From: the human T2T-CHM13v2.0 reference genome, Homo sapiens
DNA: 64,000 bases
Assembly: GCF_009914755.1 (NCBI RefSeq)
Contig: NC_060926.1
Strand: one strand, 5' to 3'
Part shown: positions 1 to 13,164 of the stretch, one piece after another
Position numbering within the stretch: the stretch's first letter is position 1
How the letters are laid out: each line of letters starts with the position of its first letter
Notes under the pieces: generated by a model
Database searches by the model: none
What the model saw: the letters and a program-made list of their open reading frames with translations, nothing else
What the model was told of the DNA's origin: nothing
Translations under genes and position numbers: made by a program

Positions 1-50
1 TCGGCCTCCCAAAGTGCTGGGATTACAGGCGTGAGCCACCGCGCCCGGCC
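1..50 (-). mobile_element. Alu 5' end (young, probably AluY), cut by window edge
   Basis: Exact reverse complement of the Alu start GGCCGGGCGCGGTGGCTCACGCCTGTAATCCCAGCACTTTGGGAGGCCGA with CpGs intact. Confidence 0.95.
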
Positions 51-104
51 CAGAAGCTTTACTTTTAAATAAAAATAAAAATAGTTATAAAAGCCTGGAT
101 AAGT

Positions 105-320
105 GTTATGGGCTAGGCATTATTCTAACAACTTGTAGTGATTAATTTCATTCTCACTACTATCTTGTGAGGTGGTTACCCTTATCCCATTTTACACATG
201 GGGAGACTGAAACATAAAATATTAAGAGTCATGCACTTGAAATGTGGCAGAGTTGAACATCTAAATCCAGCCTGTCTGGACCCAGAGTCCATGCTCTTAA
301 TTGCTGTGTTACACTGCTTC
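105..320 (-). mobile_element. MIR SINE
   Basis: MIR core-like tatcccattttacacatggggagactga and tRNA-head-like cagagtccatgctcttaa. Confidence 0.8.
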
Positions 321-1439
321 TGAATGATTGTTTGTAAGATCCGATCTTTTTAAAATTTGTAACTTAGCCTATTAAAGTATTGAAAGTAAAGGAGAAAGAT
401 GACATTACAGAAGATTATAAGAAGATTATTAGCAAATAACTTATTTCAGCTTTCATTAATTTGATACATTAAACACAGCATCATGCTTTTGCCTAAAGCT
501 CGGGAAAAAATGTGTTATGAAAGGACAAATGCCACTATAAATTTTTATTATAATGGTTGCAAATGGATGATCATTTTTTTCTCATCCTAATATCTCTTTC
601 TGCAATTATAGCAAAATAACTTTTTTCAGTCAAGTGCTTTCAGGCATCTTTAATATTTTTCATTCATTTTTCTTTTTTCATAGATGGTGATGCTTGAAAT
701 TACATAATGACTTCCACTTTTTCAAAATTAGACCTTGTAGGAATAAAGAATTACATATGATAGCCCAGTGAAATAATTTGTATCATATTTAAAGGTTGGG
801 CTATTTTAAAAGAAAAAAAATGCCAGTAAGATGCAGTTTAAATTAAGAGAAATTTTGTGTATCATTTATGTGTTTATTTCCACTTCAGTCTATAAACTTT
901 ACATCCTTTACACATCAGAAAAAAATCTTTAAAATTAAAAACTGATATTCTATGTTCAGAGACTATTAAACATATCTTTAAGTAAATTTTATTTTCATAT
1001 ACTTTTATAAATTTTCTGTTGACGATATAATACTTTAGAAAAAGATTTCCTTACTAATTCTTAGCACATCAGCTATTTCCACAATTTGCTGGCTTCATCT
1101 TTTGCTACCCAAAGGTACAACACGTAATGAAATTGTTCGACTATCCTAAATTATCTTCTTTTTCAAGCCATATTCTGAAAACTCAAATGTCTTCAAAGCC
1201 AGCAGGTAATACAAGTGTGTTAAGTAGCCTGGTAGAAAAGAGGGAAAACTGTTTAACTGGAAAATGCAGGCCATACCTAAATATTCTTAAATTCAAAACA
1301 TTTGTCTGGTCACAAACACTCAACCTTCCCTGTTAGCTTAATGCAGACTGAGGCCCTGTTCTCTGCTGGATTCAACCTGAAGTCCTTTAGGAAATCCCAT
1401 CTACTTCACTGGCCTTATATCATCTGGCTAAGGACTTCC

Positions 1440-2740
1440 ATATTTCTATAACTTTCTTTGTGCTACATATTTTTACATTTATCTGCCCACCTAACATTTC
1501 CAATAAGATATCCTAAATTCAGTGTATCTTAGGCCAAGCATCTCTTTCAAATCTAGTTTACTTTGAATGTTCCCCATCCCCACAAATTTGACCCCCCCTT
1601 CCATTAAATTACAGTCATGCACCACATAATGACATTTCCATCATCAGCAGCAGAGCATATATATGATGGTGGTCCCATAAGATTGTAATACTGCATTTTT
1701 TGCTCTACCTTTTCTATGTTTAGATGTGTTTAGATACACAGATACTTAGCATTGTGCTACAGCTGCCTGCAGTATTCAGTACAGTAACATGTTGTACAGA
1801 TTTGTAGCCTAGGAGCAGCAGGCCATACCATAAAGCCTAGGTGTGTATTAGGCTATGCCATCTAAGTTTGTGTAACTATACTCTATGATGTTTTCACAAA
1901 TACGAAATCACCTAACAGTGCATCTGTTTTTAAAGTGACTCATGACTGTACACAAACAAGAAATAAAGGGGTTTCCCTGACAACTCCCTCTGCCTTACCT
2001 CACTTCCATCCTCGCCTGTCCCTTAGCTAATCCCTTGCCAAGGCTATGAGTTACAGCTGAACACATCTCAACCTTCTATTCACCTGAGGGTTACCAACAT
2101 CGTTTCATTTACTATCATTTCTTGCTTGAACATTTGCAACACCAGTTTGCAATCTTTATATCTATTCAGCCTTCCCTACAATCTATTCTTCATACTAAAA
2201 TAGTGTTCTAAAGACATAAATCATGTCACTCCTCGGCTTAACATCCTTCAATTGGCTGTCAATGGTTTCAATTGCTCTTATAATAAAATTTGAACACCTT
2301 AACGTGGCTACAGAGTCTTTAAGATCAGGTCTGCCTCATCCTCAAACTTCATCTAACTTCATTCTCCCTCTGGTCTTTGTACTTATAACCTATCTGACCT
2401 CCTTTAGCTGCACCTTTATTCCCACAGTCCCCTCGGCCTGGGAAATTTTTGCTCTACTAACTGTGCCCAGAGTATACCTTTTCTTCCTTCAAGCATCAGA
2501 TAAGTGGCATTCCCTAGGAAAGCCTTTCTTGACCCTGCCAGACTAGAGAAAGGATTCCTTTGATACAGACACAGGAAGAAACTGTTTCTTTCCTTATCAC
2601 TATTTATAATTAGTGTTCATCACTGTGACTATGTGGTGAAAGTCTGTCTCCTTCTCTTGACTGGAAGCTCCTTTACAGCAGAGTTTTCTGCTTTTGCTCA
2701 GAGATTACATGCATCATAAATATTTTTAAGTGAACAGATG
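1440..2740 (+). mobile_element. L2 3' fragment, interrupted by Tigger3a
   Basis: L2-like phrases tcatgtcactcctcggcttaacatccttcaattggct, gaagcctttcttgaccc, gactggaagctcctt; boundaries approximate. Confidence 0.65.
1612..1948 (+). mobile_element. Tigger3a (MER7A) non-autonomous TcMar DNA transposon
   Basis: TIRs CAGTCATG...CATGACTG flanked by TA on both sides; internal ggtggtcccataagatt and tttgtagcctaggagca match the consensus. Confidence 0.9.
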
Positions 2741-3749
2741 TTTAAATACATTAGAGTATAACCTAACCCTCGGTGCAAACAGCACTCTTCAATTTAGAAA
2801 GAGGACAGATACCTAACAAGCATCTGCACTCCTTGGGCATTTACTGTTTGGGGATGCTGTTATCTGTTATTTTCCACTGCTCTGCTTGAGCCTCAGGCCA
2901 CTCCATATATCCTTAGTGGGCAGGTGTAACTGGGGTTCACTGAGAACAGAGGCAGCAGCAGCTTAAGAAGAGTGGTTCTGTCCTTTGAAATAGCCCCTCC
3001 AGCGGTATCCCACATATCTTAGCGATGGCATCATAAATCTCTTTAGCTGATCTCCTCAGTGTGGTTTATAACAGTGGTTTGTACTTTAAGTAGCAAATTG
3101 AGCTTTGCTGTCTTCTCCTTTCCAAGGTCCTTTGTAGGCTGACATAAGTCCTTATGTAGTGCTTTTTTTTTTTTAACCAATAATGCTGAGACAGGTGCAT
3201 GAGTGATCAATTGCTTTCATTCACATAATGACCCTCCCCAAAGGGGAAAATAATTCTACAGCATTCCTGGACATGGATAACTTCCGTTAAAATTTATTGG
3301 TTGCATGTTTCTCTGAAAGTGTTCAAATTATGTGCTATAGCTCCACTGAAAAATCATAAACTCTTATGGGTCAGATAATAGTATCTTTCACTTTGTTTCT
3401 TTCCAACAGAAAAATGCTGGTTTGTGGACACTGGAAATTTCATAAATACCACTCTCTGGAAAGCCAGGAATAATGGTCAATTGCAAAAATAAGATATGGC
3501 AGTTCTTCTGGAAAGTTGGATGCTTGGTGCATAGAAATGTTATTATATTTTGGTGGTGATAAAAATGAATATTAGCAACTCTGAAAATCCAACATGTGTT
3601 ACCTTGTTTTTTGAGAGTATATTGAAGAAAATTCTAAAGATTATGTTATTTCAGCCATATATACATGAGTATGGACCGCTAATAAAAACATTTATTTTTG
3701 TAATATAAGCATCATTATAATAGCTAACAAAATTAACAATGATTACCTA

Positions 3750-4915
3750 ATTCTATGTAATAGCCAGTTTGTATTGAAAGTTTTCTAATTGTCTGAAAGA
3801 GTCTTTTTGTAGTTGATTTGAATACGGATTGAAAGAAGATAACACATTGCATTTGACATTTATGTCTCTTAAGTGGCTTTACGTCCTAACGGTCTCCCCT
3901 TCTATTTTTCACCATGCCACAGTTTAGTTGAAGAAATTGAATCTTGTAGTCTGTCGAATGTCAGTACCCTGGCTTTGGCTTATTATTTCCTTATAGTATC
4001 ATTTACCTTGTCTCTCTATCCCCTATATTTCTTGAATAATTATAGTAATGTATATACAGAGAGGACTGGACTGATATCCAGTTCTTTGATAAGACATCCT
4101 GATTGTGCTCTGTACTTCCTAGTGTATCACATCAGGAGGCACATAATGTCTGCTTGTTTCACTTCTGTTAATTCTTCAATTGACCAGTGCATTTAAGTAG
4201 TATCAGCCTGATCCTTCCATTAAGAGATTTTTATTAACTTTTGACCTGATTAGTTTAAAGTTTATTGGTTATTATCCCTATCTGTTATTTAGAGTTTGGA
4301 AAATAGCGATATTCTAATTTCACCATTTTATCTGTACTTGTTTGCTGTAGCTCTTCTGTCAAGAGGAGTTTTATTTGGCTAACTTTTTCAGTAAGAAAAA
4401 TAGGGTAAGTTTTTTGGATTTTTCTCTTTTCTTAAAAAGATTTGTTTTAAAGATAACAAGTTATATTCTAGCACACGTTAATAGTATCTAATCAATTTTA
4501 AAAATATTATTTCTTACAGGTTGTACTATATCAGATGTTTCAACGTATTGCAGTCTCTATGCTCTTTGAAGCTCAATTTCATATAATTTAGGCCAGTAGG
4601 AGTCCCATCAAATTGGTTCCTATAGCCTTTAGACATGGTATCCTAGGATCATCTTTTGCATTTTGCACCCCAGACCTGGTATCAGTCATGTCTCCATAAA
4701 GTACTGTCCCTTTAGTGGGAAATAATATTTAGAGACCATGATCTGGGCTCTAATGGTATTCTTTACTAGTGGGTTAACATTGTTTCTAGGCCTTTCCAAT
4801 GGAACAGAGCTAGGAAATATATACATTTTTCAAGGAAAAGTTTTCAAAGGTACATACATGTTTTATATTTGAATGTAAAATTACCAGGTTAATACTTCTA
4901 TGATTTTTTCTTGTA
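3750..4915 (-). mobile_element. Old L1M (L1MC-like) 3' region
   Basis: Diverged L1MC-type 3'UTR phrases catcaggaggcacataatgtc, tttagtgggaaataatatttagagaccatgatctggg. Confidence 0.6.
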
Positions 4916-4959
4916 CCTGATTACTTAACGCTAGACGAATAGCGATAGGAATGAACGTG

Positions 4960-5800
4960 TTTTCCTCTCCCAGGTTAAAAAAAAACATTCATCCATGTTT
5001 TCTACTTCTTTTAGAATTTTAATTTTTTATACTTAAATCTTAGACTCATTTGCAATTTATCCTAGTACATGATAGAAAGAATGTATCAAATTCTATACAT
5101 TTCCACATGCTTATCCAGTTGTTCTGATATAATTTATTAAAGATTTATTTCTCCACTGATTTGAGATGACACTTTTATCATGACTAAATTCTATACATAT
5201 TTGAGCCTATTTTTGATATTCTACTTATTTTTACTGCTCTTTCAATTTATTAAATAATACTATGCTTTTAATTAGGGAGGCCTTAAAGTATTTTAACATG
5301 AGATATGATAGGTCCCCCACCACATGCTCTTCAGCCTTTCTCTTGTTAATTTTTTCATACTTATTCTTTTTTAAAAACTTCATCACCAACTTGTCTTGTT
5401 CCAAGGAAGAACATTATGGAATTTTATTTGAATTAATTACATTTACAAAATTAACTTAGAATTAACACCTTTATGTAGTTGAATATTCATATTCAAGCAA
5501 TACATTTCCATTTGGTCACATATCCTTTGCATCTTTAATGAGTCTTTATATTTTTCCTTATATCTCTTATTGTAGTTTTTAAAGTTTATTGCTGTATAAT
5601 TTATTACTCTTATTTTATTGTAAATAAAACCTTCCCTTCCATTATATCTTGCTAAGTCTATTGATTTGGAGATGTTAATTATATTTCTAGCCAGTTTACT
5701 AAACTCTTATTGTTTGCAGTAGACTTTTATTGATTTTTTTTTGGTTTTCCAGTTATAATATCTCTGCATATGAAGATAATCTTCTTTTCAAATTCTTATG
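4960..5800 (-). mobile_element. Old L1M ORF2 remnant
   Basis: Antisense ORF2-like phrases ttatccagttgttctgatataatttattaaa and ggaattttatttgaatta. Confidence 0.55.
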
Positions 5801-5834
5801 CTATATATATATGAATATGACATATATAAATATA

Positions 5835-6195
5835 CAGGTTGACTATCCCTTTTATGAAATGCTTGGGACCAGAGGTGTTTCAGATTTCATTTTTTTCTGG
5901 TTTTAGAATAATGATGTATAGATAATGAGATATCTTGGGAATGGGACCTGAATCTAAACATAAAATCCATTTATGTTTTATGTGCACCTTATACACATAG
6001 CCTGAAGGTAATTTTATAAAATATTTCTAATTATTTTGGGCACAAAATAATGTTTTTGATGTGTTTTGACTGTGACCCATCACATGAGGTCAGGTGTGGA
6101 ATTTCCCACTTGTGGTGTCACATTGGTGCTCAAAAATTTCAGATTTTAGAGCATTTTGCATTTCAGATTTTTGGATTCTGGATTAGAGATGTTCA

Positions 6196-6200
<5 letters not shown>
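5835..6200. mobile_element. Tigger4b (MER46B/Zombi) DNA transposon
   Basis: TIRs CAGGTTGA...TCAACCTG, left TA; internal gaaatgcttgggaccaga, cacatagcctgaaggtaatttt, cacatgaggtcaggtgtggaattt. Confidence 0.88.

Positions 6201-6226
<26 letters not shown>
6199..6226. repeat. (TG)n microsatellite
   Basis: Directly visible, abuts the Tigger4b right TIR. Confidence 0.95.
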
Positions 6227-6585
6227 GTGTGTATTAATCACCACTTAGGTTAGGTAAGACCTCCAATTTATTGTGAAATACAATTGAAGATGCTAGGTAC
6301 ATTTGTTTTGTTATAGACTTTAAAGGTAATGGTGCTAGGGTGTCCTCATTAATTAACTGTTGACTTTTGAATTGGAGTAATACAAATTTTATTTAAAAAA
6401 TTTCTATTTGTAAATGTTTTCTTCCTAGATCTATTAATGTGTATTTTAGCAACAAATTTCCAAATTTAGAATCAAACATACAGAATAATAATTTCAGCAA
6501 TTATTCAAGAAACTCTTATTTCTTCTTTACCAATTTTTAGTGTTTCACACTTTTGCCCCTTTTCTTTACCATTCTCCCTCCCTCT

Positions 6586-6586
6586 C

Positions 6587-6664
<78 letters not shown>
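6586..6664. repeat. Compound (CT)n(GT)n microsatellite
   Basis: Directly visible; about 21 uninterrupted GT units. Confidence 0.97.
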
Positions 6665-6666
<2 letters not shown>

Positions 6667-6699
6667 TGTAGGCATGTGGGTGCGTCTGTGGGGAGGCAT

Positions 6700-8200
6700 A
6701 TAAATATTATTTTTTTCTGAACCATTTGTGAGTAAATTGGAGGTATTATGCTCATTTACTAAAAAAATAGTCCAGTGTGTACTGAAGGCCTGTGCTTTTT
6801 TCCTAATAGTTACTTTAAGATACACTTAGTTCGTTTTTTTATCAGTACTATCAACCATCCTTATAATGTAACAATAATAAAATTAGCTAGTAACATTTTC
6901 ATTCTTTTATCCCTTTCCTCCAGGATTTTATTTGATAGTGACAATCACTTACACCAAATCACACCCTATCGAGGAGTGAACTTGTATAATTCATACACTG
7001 TGTCTGTCTTCTTTATTATTTTTGGCTGTAATAGACGTCTTTTGTCAAAAAACACCATGTGTATTCTCTATTTGGTTATGTCATCTCCATTAATTGGTGT
7101 TAGCTTTAAATTTACATAAATTCAATTTACTATAGTCATAGTTTTACAGCAAAGTTGCTAAAACTTACCTTGAATTCTTGGTGGGCTTCCTCTCTAATAA
7201 ATTCTCAGAAAATGGACCTTGTGTTCAATATTCTTGCAAATTTATAACAGTAATTGAAAGTTATTTTGGTTCAATTCAAAATCCTGAGTTCATACTTTTT
7301 AAGTATTTGTCTCTGTCATTTTATCTTATGAAGTGTCGCTGTGATGTTTGTTGCCAATGCAATTATCCTTTCCTTTCCTTTACACAAATTTAGTTTTTTT
7401 GCCTAGTGCTAAATAATTCTTTCTTTAAGTCCAGTAGTTTTACTAGAAATTGTTTTGGTGTGGCTATTCTGATACTTTTCTCAGTTGCGTGATGTACCTT
7501 TGCAAATATGTAGGTTCAAGCCCTTTTAAAAATGTATTGTATGAATTATTACTATTTATGCTGATCATATTTTTTGTCTTCTTAGGATTACCTATTATAT
7601 CTATGTGTTCCTTCTTTTTTTGTTGTCCAAACTGTTTTTATCTATGTATCTATTTGTGTAATCTCTGTTTATTTTTTCTCCTTGATATCCTTTGTTTTTC
7701 TTACCTTACCTTCCATAATATCTCTTCAAGTTTATTCAAGTTGAGCTCTCCTTATTGAATTTTGTTTTCCCTTAAAAAAATTCTGTCCTTAGTTCTGAAA
7801 GTTCTATTTTCCAGTATTTCTCTTATTTTATAATCTCATTTTGAGGTTTTTCTTTGGTTAGCACTTTTAATTATTCGCTTTAGTTTTCTTAATTTGCATT
7901 TGCTGTTTTCTTATGTTTATGCACTATATTACGGTTTACTTCTAATTTATCATCAGATTTTTTAGTGGATCTTCAGATTTTTGTGTTATTTTCTTCCCAT
8001 ATATTTATATGAGGTTTGGTCACAATTCATTTCTTTTGTACATATTGAGTGATATGGATTTTCTTATACTGTGAGGGGAACAGTTCTGCTGTGTGGAGCG
8101 GGTCCGGGTAGTTTCACTACTCGAGAGCTTCCTGTTTTGTTGTAATTATAAAGTATTAATAATATAACTTCTTTGTTTAGCCAGGTCCAAAGTTCTAAGA
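6700..8200 (-). mobile_element. Highly decayed L1M/HAL1-like 5' region
   Basis: Strong T-rich strand bias and weak resemblance to antisense old L1; family not resolvable by eye. Confidence 0.35.
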
Positions 8201-9339
8201 TCTGTTCCCTTGGTACCTCCCCTCATCTACTACCCAGAATATGAAAATTCTTTCTCCTTCACTCTTAGGGTTTTTTTTTTCCTATTAAGCTTACCATTTA
8301 TTCATAGAAGTTTTCCTCCCCCAATTCAGAGGAGATCTCCATCTTTCCAAAAAATGAGTTTTTGATCAATAATTCCAAAATCTTTCATGGGCTGGCTTAA
8401 CTAGTGCCCTCGAATATTTTCCCTAGTAGGTCCTCATAGTTTTTTGGCCCTCTCCTTCACATTGGAACCAGTGTATCCTTATTCGATTTTCACAAATTGT
8501 TCTTACCTCTGCATGGTTGAGGATTTCAAAATGAGAGTACTCCGCTTTCGTGTGTGAATTTGGTGGGTTACTTATGGTTTCTGGATTTTTGATAGTTTTG
8601 ATATCAAAGAGTGCTCCTTTCTCTACCCTACCCTATCTTTGTCTTGAACAGGTCATCCTGCTAGTGGTGGAATGACACCACCAACTTCTATTCTCAGAAG
8701 TTGATGGGCTATTTCGTCACTAGATTTTTTTGCAGATGTCCATGGATTTTTTATATATATATTTTTTTTACTATTCTTCTTGTTTAATGAAAGCATTGAA
8801 GAGATTTTAAAAGTGCATCTATACTTTTCTTCCTGGCATACTACCTGCACTCTCAATTCTATCCTCTCCATTTTCACAATTTGCTGAAAATATTTATACC
8901 ATACTAAAATTATAGTTATTTTGGCTTTTAAAAGACATAGAGGAGAAGTGTATTTTGATTGTCATTATAAAGAAAACAAAATTTTCATTATGAATTTATA
9001 ACCCATATAGTAATATTGTCTTGAGAACCGCATTGTTTTGACATCAATACTTTATAAAGAGCTTGTCAATTAAATATGTGAAAACAGCTGATGTGAATAT
9101 TTAAATGACCCTGTGGAGATAAAATTCAAGTGGGGTCAACATATGAGGATTAGTTTTTTTTTTTTTTGAGTTAAAAACATTATTGTTTCTGATTTATAAA
9201 AAACCTCAATGAAGTCTGAACCAAGCCTGAAGGTCATTAGTGTGGTAAATTTAAAGTGGTCTTTGGAAAATAATTCTTACAAAATTACTATCATACAGAG
9301 TGGCAGACACATCCTAGCTTGACTCCTTGTGTCGAAAGT

Positions 9340-9772
9340 CGCTCTCTTCATTAGGTTACATTGTACTGCAAAAGTAATGGAATGTTGTTCCATTGCTTTA
9401 TACTGTATAAAATTCTGTTTTAGCAGAATAGAGTCAGAGATTCTTCTGTGGGTCCTGAAGAAACAAAGAGCCAAATTGTAAACTGCCTATGGAGCGGGCC
9501 GCATGGTAGAAAACTATAGGCAGCCTTAGCGCCTAAGGGTGTCTTCATCAGCCAGGAGGAAATGCATTCTTCTAACAAGCTGAATGGGCTTAGGATGCAG
9601 ATTTCTACTTCAGTGGGTCTCCAGATGAGGACATGGGAAAGCTGAAGTGGAGTACCCATCTGTCAGTTGTGCCTTGACTACTGACCTACAGAAGCTTGAC
9701 ATTGTAGGTGTGCGTTGTTTTAAGCTGCTAAGTTTTTGGCTATTTATTATGCATCCATAGAAAACAAATACA
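9340..9772 (+). mobile_element. MLT1 (F/G/H-type) MaLR solo LTR
   Basis: Typical 3' end gttgttttaagctgctaagtttttgg...atagaaaacaaataca; internal ctccagatgag, ctgacctacagaa. Confidence 0.8.
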
Positions 9773-10091
9773 ACATTATAAAGAGAAAGTGAAGGTGCGG
9801 GGAGAGGGGAAAGAAGAAAAGGAAGGAAAAACATGTTGAGGCAGGTGCTTTGACTATGTGATCTCAGTAATGGCTGGAATCTTTCAAACTCACAGGCTTT
9901 TTTCCAAATACGTTAAAAAATGACATTGTACTTTTAGAATTAACATTTCTGGGTGGTTGGCAAATCTTGTGTGTAATATCTTTTGCTTCCAAATTATCTT
10001 TTAGCAAGGCTTTTTGTCTTAAAATCATATGTATATGCGTGTGTGTATGTTTGTGTTTATAGTGTGTGTGTGTGTAGATAAGAGCACACTC

Positions 10092-10297
10092 CATCTCCTT
10101 ACTTAATGTCATCCACAAGTTCTTGGAAACTATGACTATAGGCAAGACAATGTGTTATGAAACCATTTTTTTCTCGTAAGTGTTATAAAGAAATAATGTT
10201 GGAGAAAATGATGTTATTTGAGGACCTGCTGTTTATAATTTCCCTTAAAGTCACAGTTTCCAAGAATGTATTGATGACATTAAGTGAGGACTTACTA
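10092..10297. mobile_element. MER6B (TcMar-Tigger MITE)
   Basis: Long degenerate TIRs tccttacttaatgtc...ttcttggaaact / agtttccaagaa...gacattaagtgagga; internal ttatttgaggacctgctg. Confidence 0.8.
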
Positions 10298-10892
10298 TAT
10301 ATTTATGTCTCTAAATATATACCCAAGTATGCACGTGCTTGTGCATACACATACCCCTCATGCATATATATGATCTGAAATTATTGGACATTAAATTCTT
10401 TCATGTCTTATAATGAAAATTCCTCCCTCTGTTTGGTTTATTAATTACTTTAAGCAAAAATTAATGAAAAAAAATAAGTTCAAAATAATGACTGGTACAT
10501 AAAAAATGTGTAGTGAAATAAATACAATCTCATGTGTTCTACTGAACGCTTTTGATATAGTTGTATTTCTGTCTTAGTTATGTAATATCAAATGTAATAA
10601 AGTAATGTAATTTCAATGATAAGATAATCTTTTAATTTAAATAAAAGCATTGAAACAACTTAGAAGGCATGATAAATAGAAAATTCAAAATATGCTAGAT
10701 AATATTTCAAAACAGAATTCTTTATTTGGAAAATATTTCATTATAACATTTGATTCTGGAGCTCTTATGATATGGCATGGTATAAACTATAGTAAAGTAA
10801 GACTCAGCTGGTATTGAGACCAACAAATATTTAAAGACTTAAAAATATAATAGGTGTATTAGATGTTTGTTGCATGTTAGAAATATCTTTAA

Positions 10893-11205
<313 letters not shown>

Positions 11206-11350
11206 TCTAATCACATTTTATAGATGAGGAAAAGTCAGGTTAAGTCACTCATTCAAAGTACTATAGTAGGCAAATGGACAAACTAGGATTTGAAACTGTG
11301 CCCTGACTTATTTGTAGTTCATTGTTCTTCCCATTATTCTACAGTGCCTC
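11206..11350 (-). mobile_element. MIR fragment (target of the AluY)
   Basis: cattttatagatgaggaaa...ggttaagtcact...ctaggatttgaa. Confidence 0.75.
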
Positions 11351-11387
11351 TACTTTCGCCAGTAGATCTTAAAATTATGCCTATAAT

Positions 11388-11555
11388 GGCAAATATTTGA
11401 GTACTTTTTATGTTATGTGTTGAGTCATAACAACCCTATGGAGTCAACCCTTTTGTTATCCACATTTTAAGGAAAAGGAGACTGAAGCTAATTGAATTTA
11501 TGTAATTGCCCAATGTCATATTACTGGAAAGTGGAGAAGTGAGAATTCAAACTCC
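11388..11555 (-). mobile_element. MIR fragment
   Basis: cataacaaccctatg...ggagactgaagct...ttgcccaatgtcata...aagtggagaag. Confidence 0.7.
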
Positions 11556-12771
11556 ATAACATAAACTATTGACATATTTGTCCTTTTATACTCTTCTTAT
11601 TGGTTGACTCTTTTGCTTTTCTTGGTTTTTCCTATCTCTTAACTCTATCTTAATGCCCAAGAAGGGCAGGATATGGTAAAGATTGTCAAGGATGGGAAAT
11701 TCCAGGCTGTTTCTCATCTTGCGCCATCCTGAGCATGACTGAGACCAAAAAATATATATTCTGTTCTTAATTTCTGCCTTCTTCTCACTGGAGTTGTCAG
11801 AAGGGCCAGGTTGAGATGGTCAAGACGCAGAGATGAAAAAGATCCACTGAAGTTGGAATGCTCTTCAGAAATCAGCAGTGTGAGGAATTCTGGATAGACA
11901 GATGCATAATGTATGTCAGACTGACAGTATCTTCCCAGGTGAGGGGAGGTGGTTGGAAAGCCATTAGCATTGGTAGAAGTCCAGGTAAGGACACAAAGAC
12001 CTGGTGAGGAGTGAGTAACAGGTGAATACCCTGCTTTGCAGGCACAGCATGGTTTCAGAAAATCTTAAAAGGAACAACTGGCCATTGTCCAGAGAAATAG
12101 GCTAACAGCACCAAGCAAATCTAGTGAGAATCAACAGACCAAAGTCCGTGGGTAAAGAGGAAGGGAACACAGATATCTGTCCAGTGCTTGGAAGTGAGAT
12201 AGGACACCAAACAGAACACTCCTGGAGAAATCACTCAAAGTAGAAACTCGGTAACGAGAACTGGGTGGTTAGGCAAAAATTGCTTAACAAGGAAAATGCA
12301 AGAGATGGTTATGAAAACAGGTTATGTACAAAAAAGAACTGATTATTTAAAAAATAACATTAATCTACGGGAATCAGGTACTAATGTTATCAAACCACTG
12401 AATTCCTTGATAGAATATTTTTAAAAGTCTCCCTAGCTATTTGATTCCGAAATCTGTGGTAGTGCTGAGCACGTACATTAAGCTTACTTAGCATTTGGTT
12501 TGGGCATCTGGGGAATGCAAGACAGAGAAACGTGTTAGCTTCCTGAGGCTTCTTTTAAGTTTTTTCCTCTTGTTCTGGTCAGGTGATTTCTATTATTTCT
12601 GCCATTTCCATTTCTAAAGTCACTGAAAGAAATTCTCGAATAATAGATTGAGCTCTGAAATTCTAGTTCTGGATTTATTCTTATAAAGGAAAAGTTGTTT
12701 AACATTAAACTTCAAATGTTAACGTATGAGGCCATAGTATCATGATTTTTTGTTTCTTTGAAGCTGCTATT

Positions 12772-12933
12772 TTTTATTTGTTTGTTTTTTGAGACAGGGT
12801 CTCTGGCACCCAGGCTGGAGTACAGTGGGTCAAACACAGCTCGCTGCAGCCTGGACCTGCTGGACTCACGTGATTCTCTCATGTCAACCTCCCAAAGTGC
12901 TGGGATTACAGGCATGAGCTACCACACCTGGCA
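12772..12933 (-). mobile_element. Monomeric Alu (AluJ/FRAM-like)
   Basis: About 145 bp body plus T-rich tail; TSD aagctgctatt at 12761-12771 and 12936-12946. Confidence 0.9.
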
Positions 12934-13164
12934 CAAAGCTGCTATTCTGTATATTGAAACTTAAATATTTCATCAGTTTTTATTAATATCAGAAAACCTG
13001 AAACTGTTACTTACTTACATACATGGCCATCAAGTGATACTGGTTTGTTAGAGTGAAATAGAAAGTATGTTTTTTAAGATTTATGTATCTCCTCTACAAT
13101 AGTACAATTTTTATGCTTCACTGAATAAAAGTACAATTTTTTAATATACTCATTTTATAGATGA

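Noticed and set aside
1168-1295. Possible old DNA-transposon (MER) fragment
   Set aside because: Only a vague resemblance; no TIR or TSD seen and no family assignable
2980-3008. CTCF-like gcccctccagcgg and TCF/LEF-like cctttgaa
   Set aside because: Mismatches at key CTCF positions; such short matches are expected by chance in 64 kb
3385-3530. Strong acceptor ctttgtttctttccaacag as a coding exon
   Set aside because: All three frames stop within about 85 nt and no good donor follows
6505-6825. His-Thr and Glu-Arg repeat proteins
   Set aside because: Translations of the (CT)n(GT)n microsatellite
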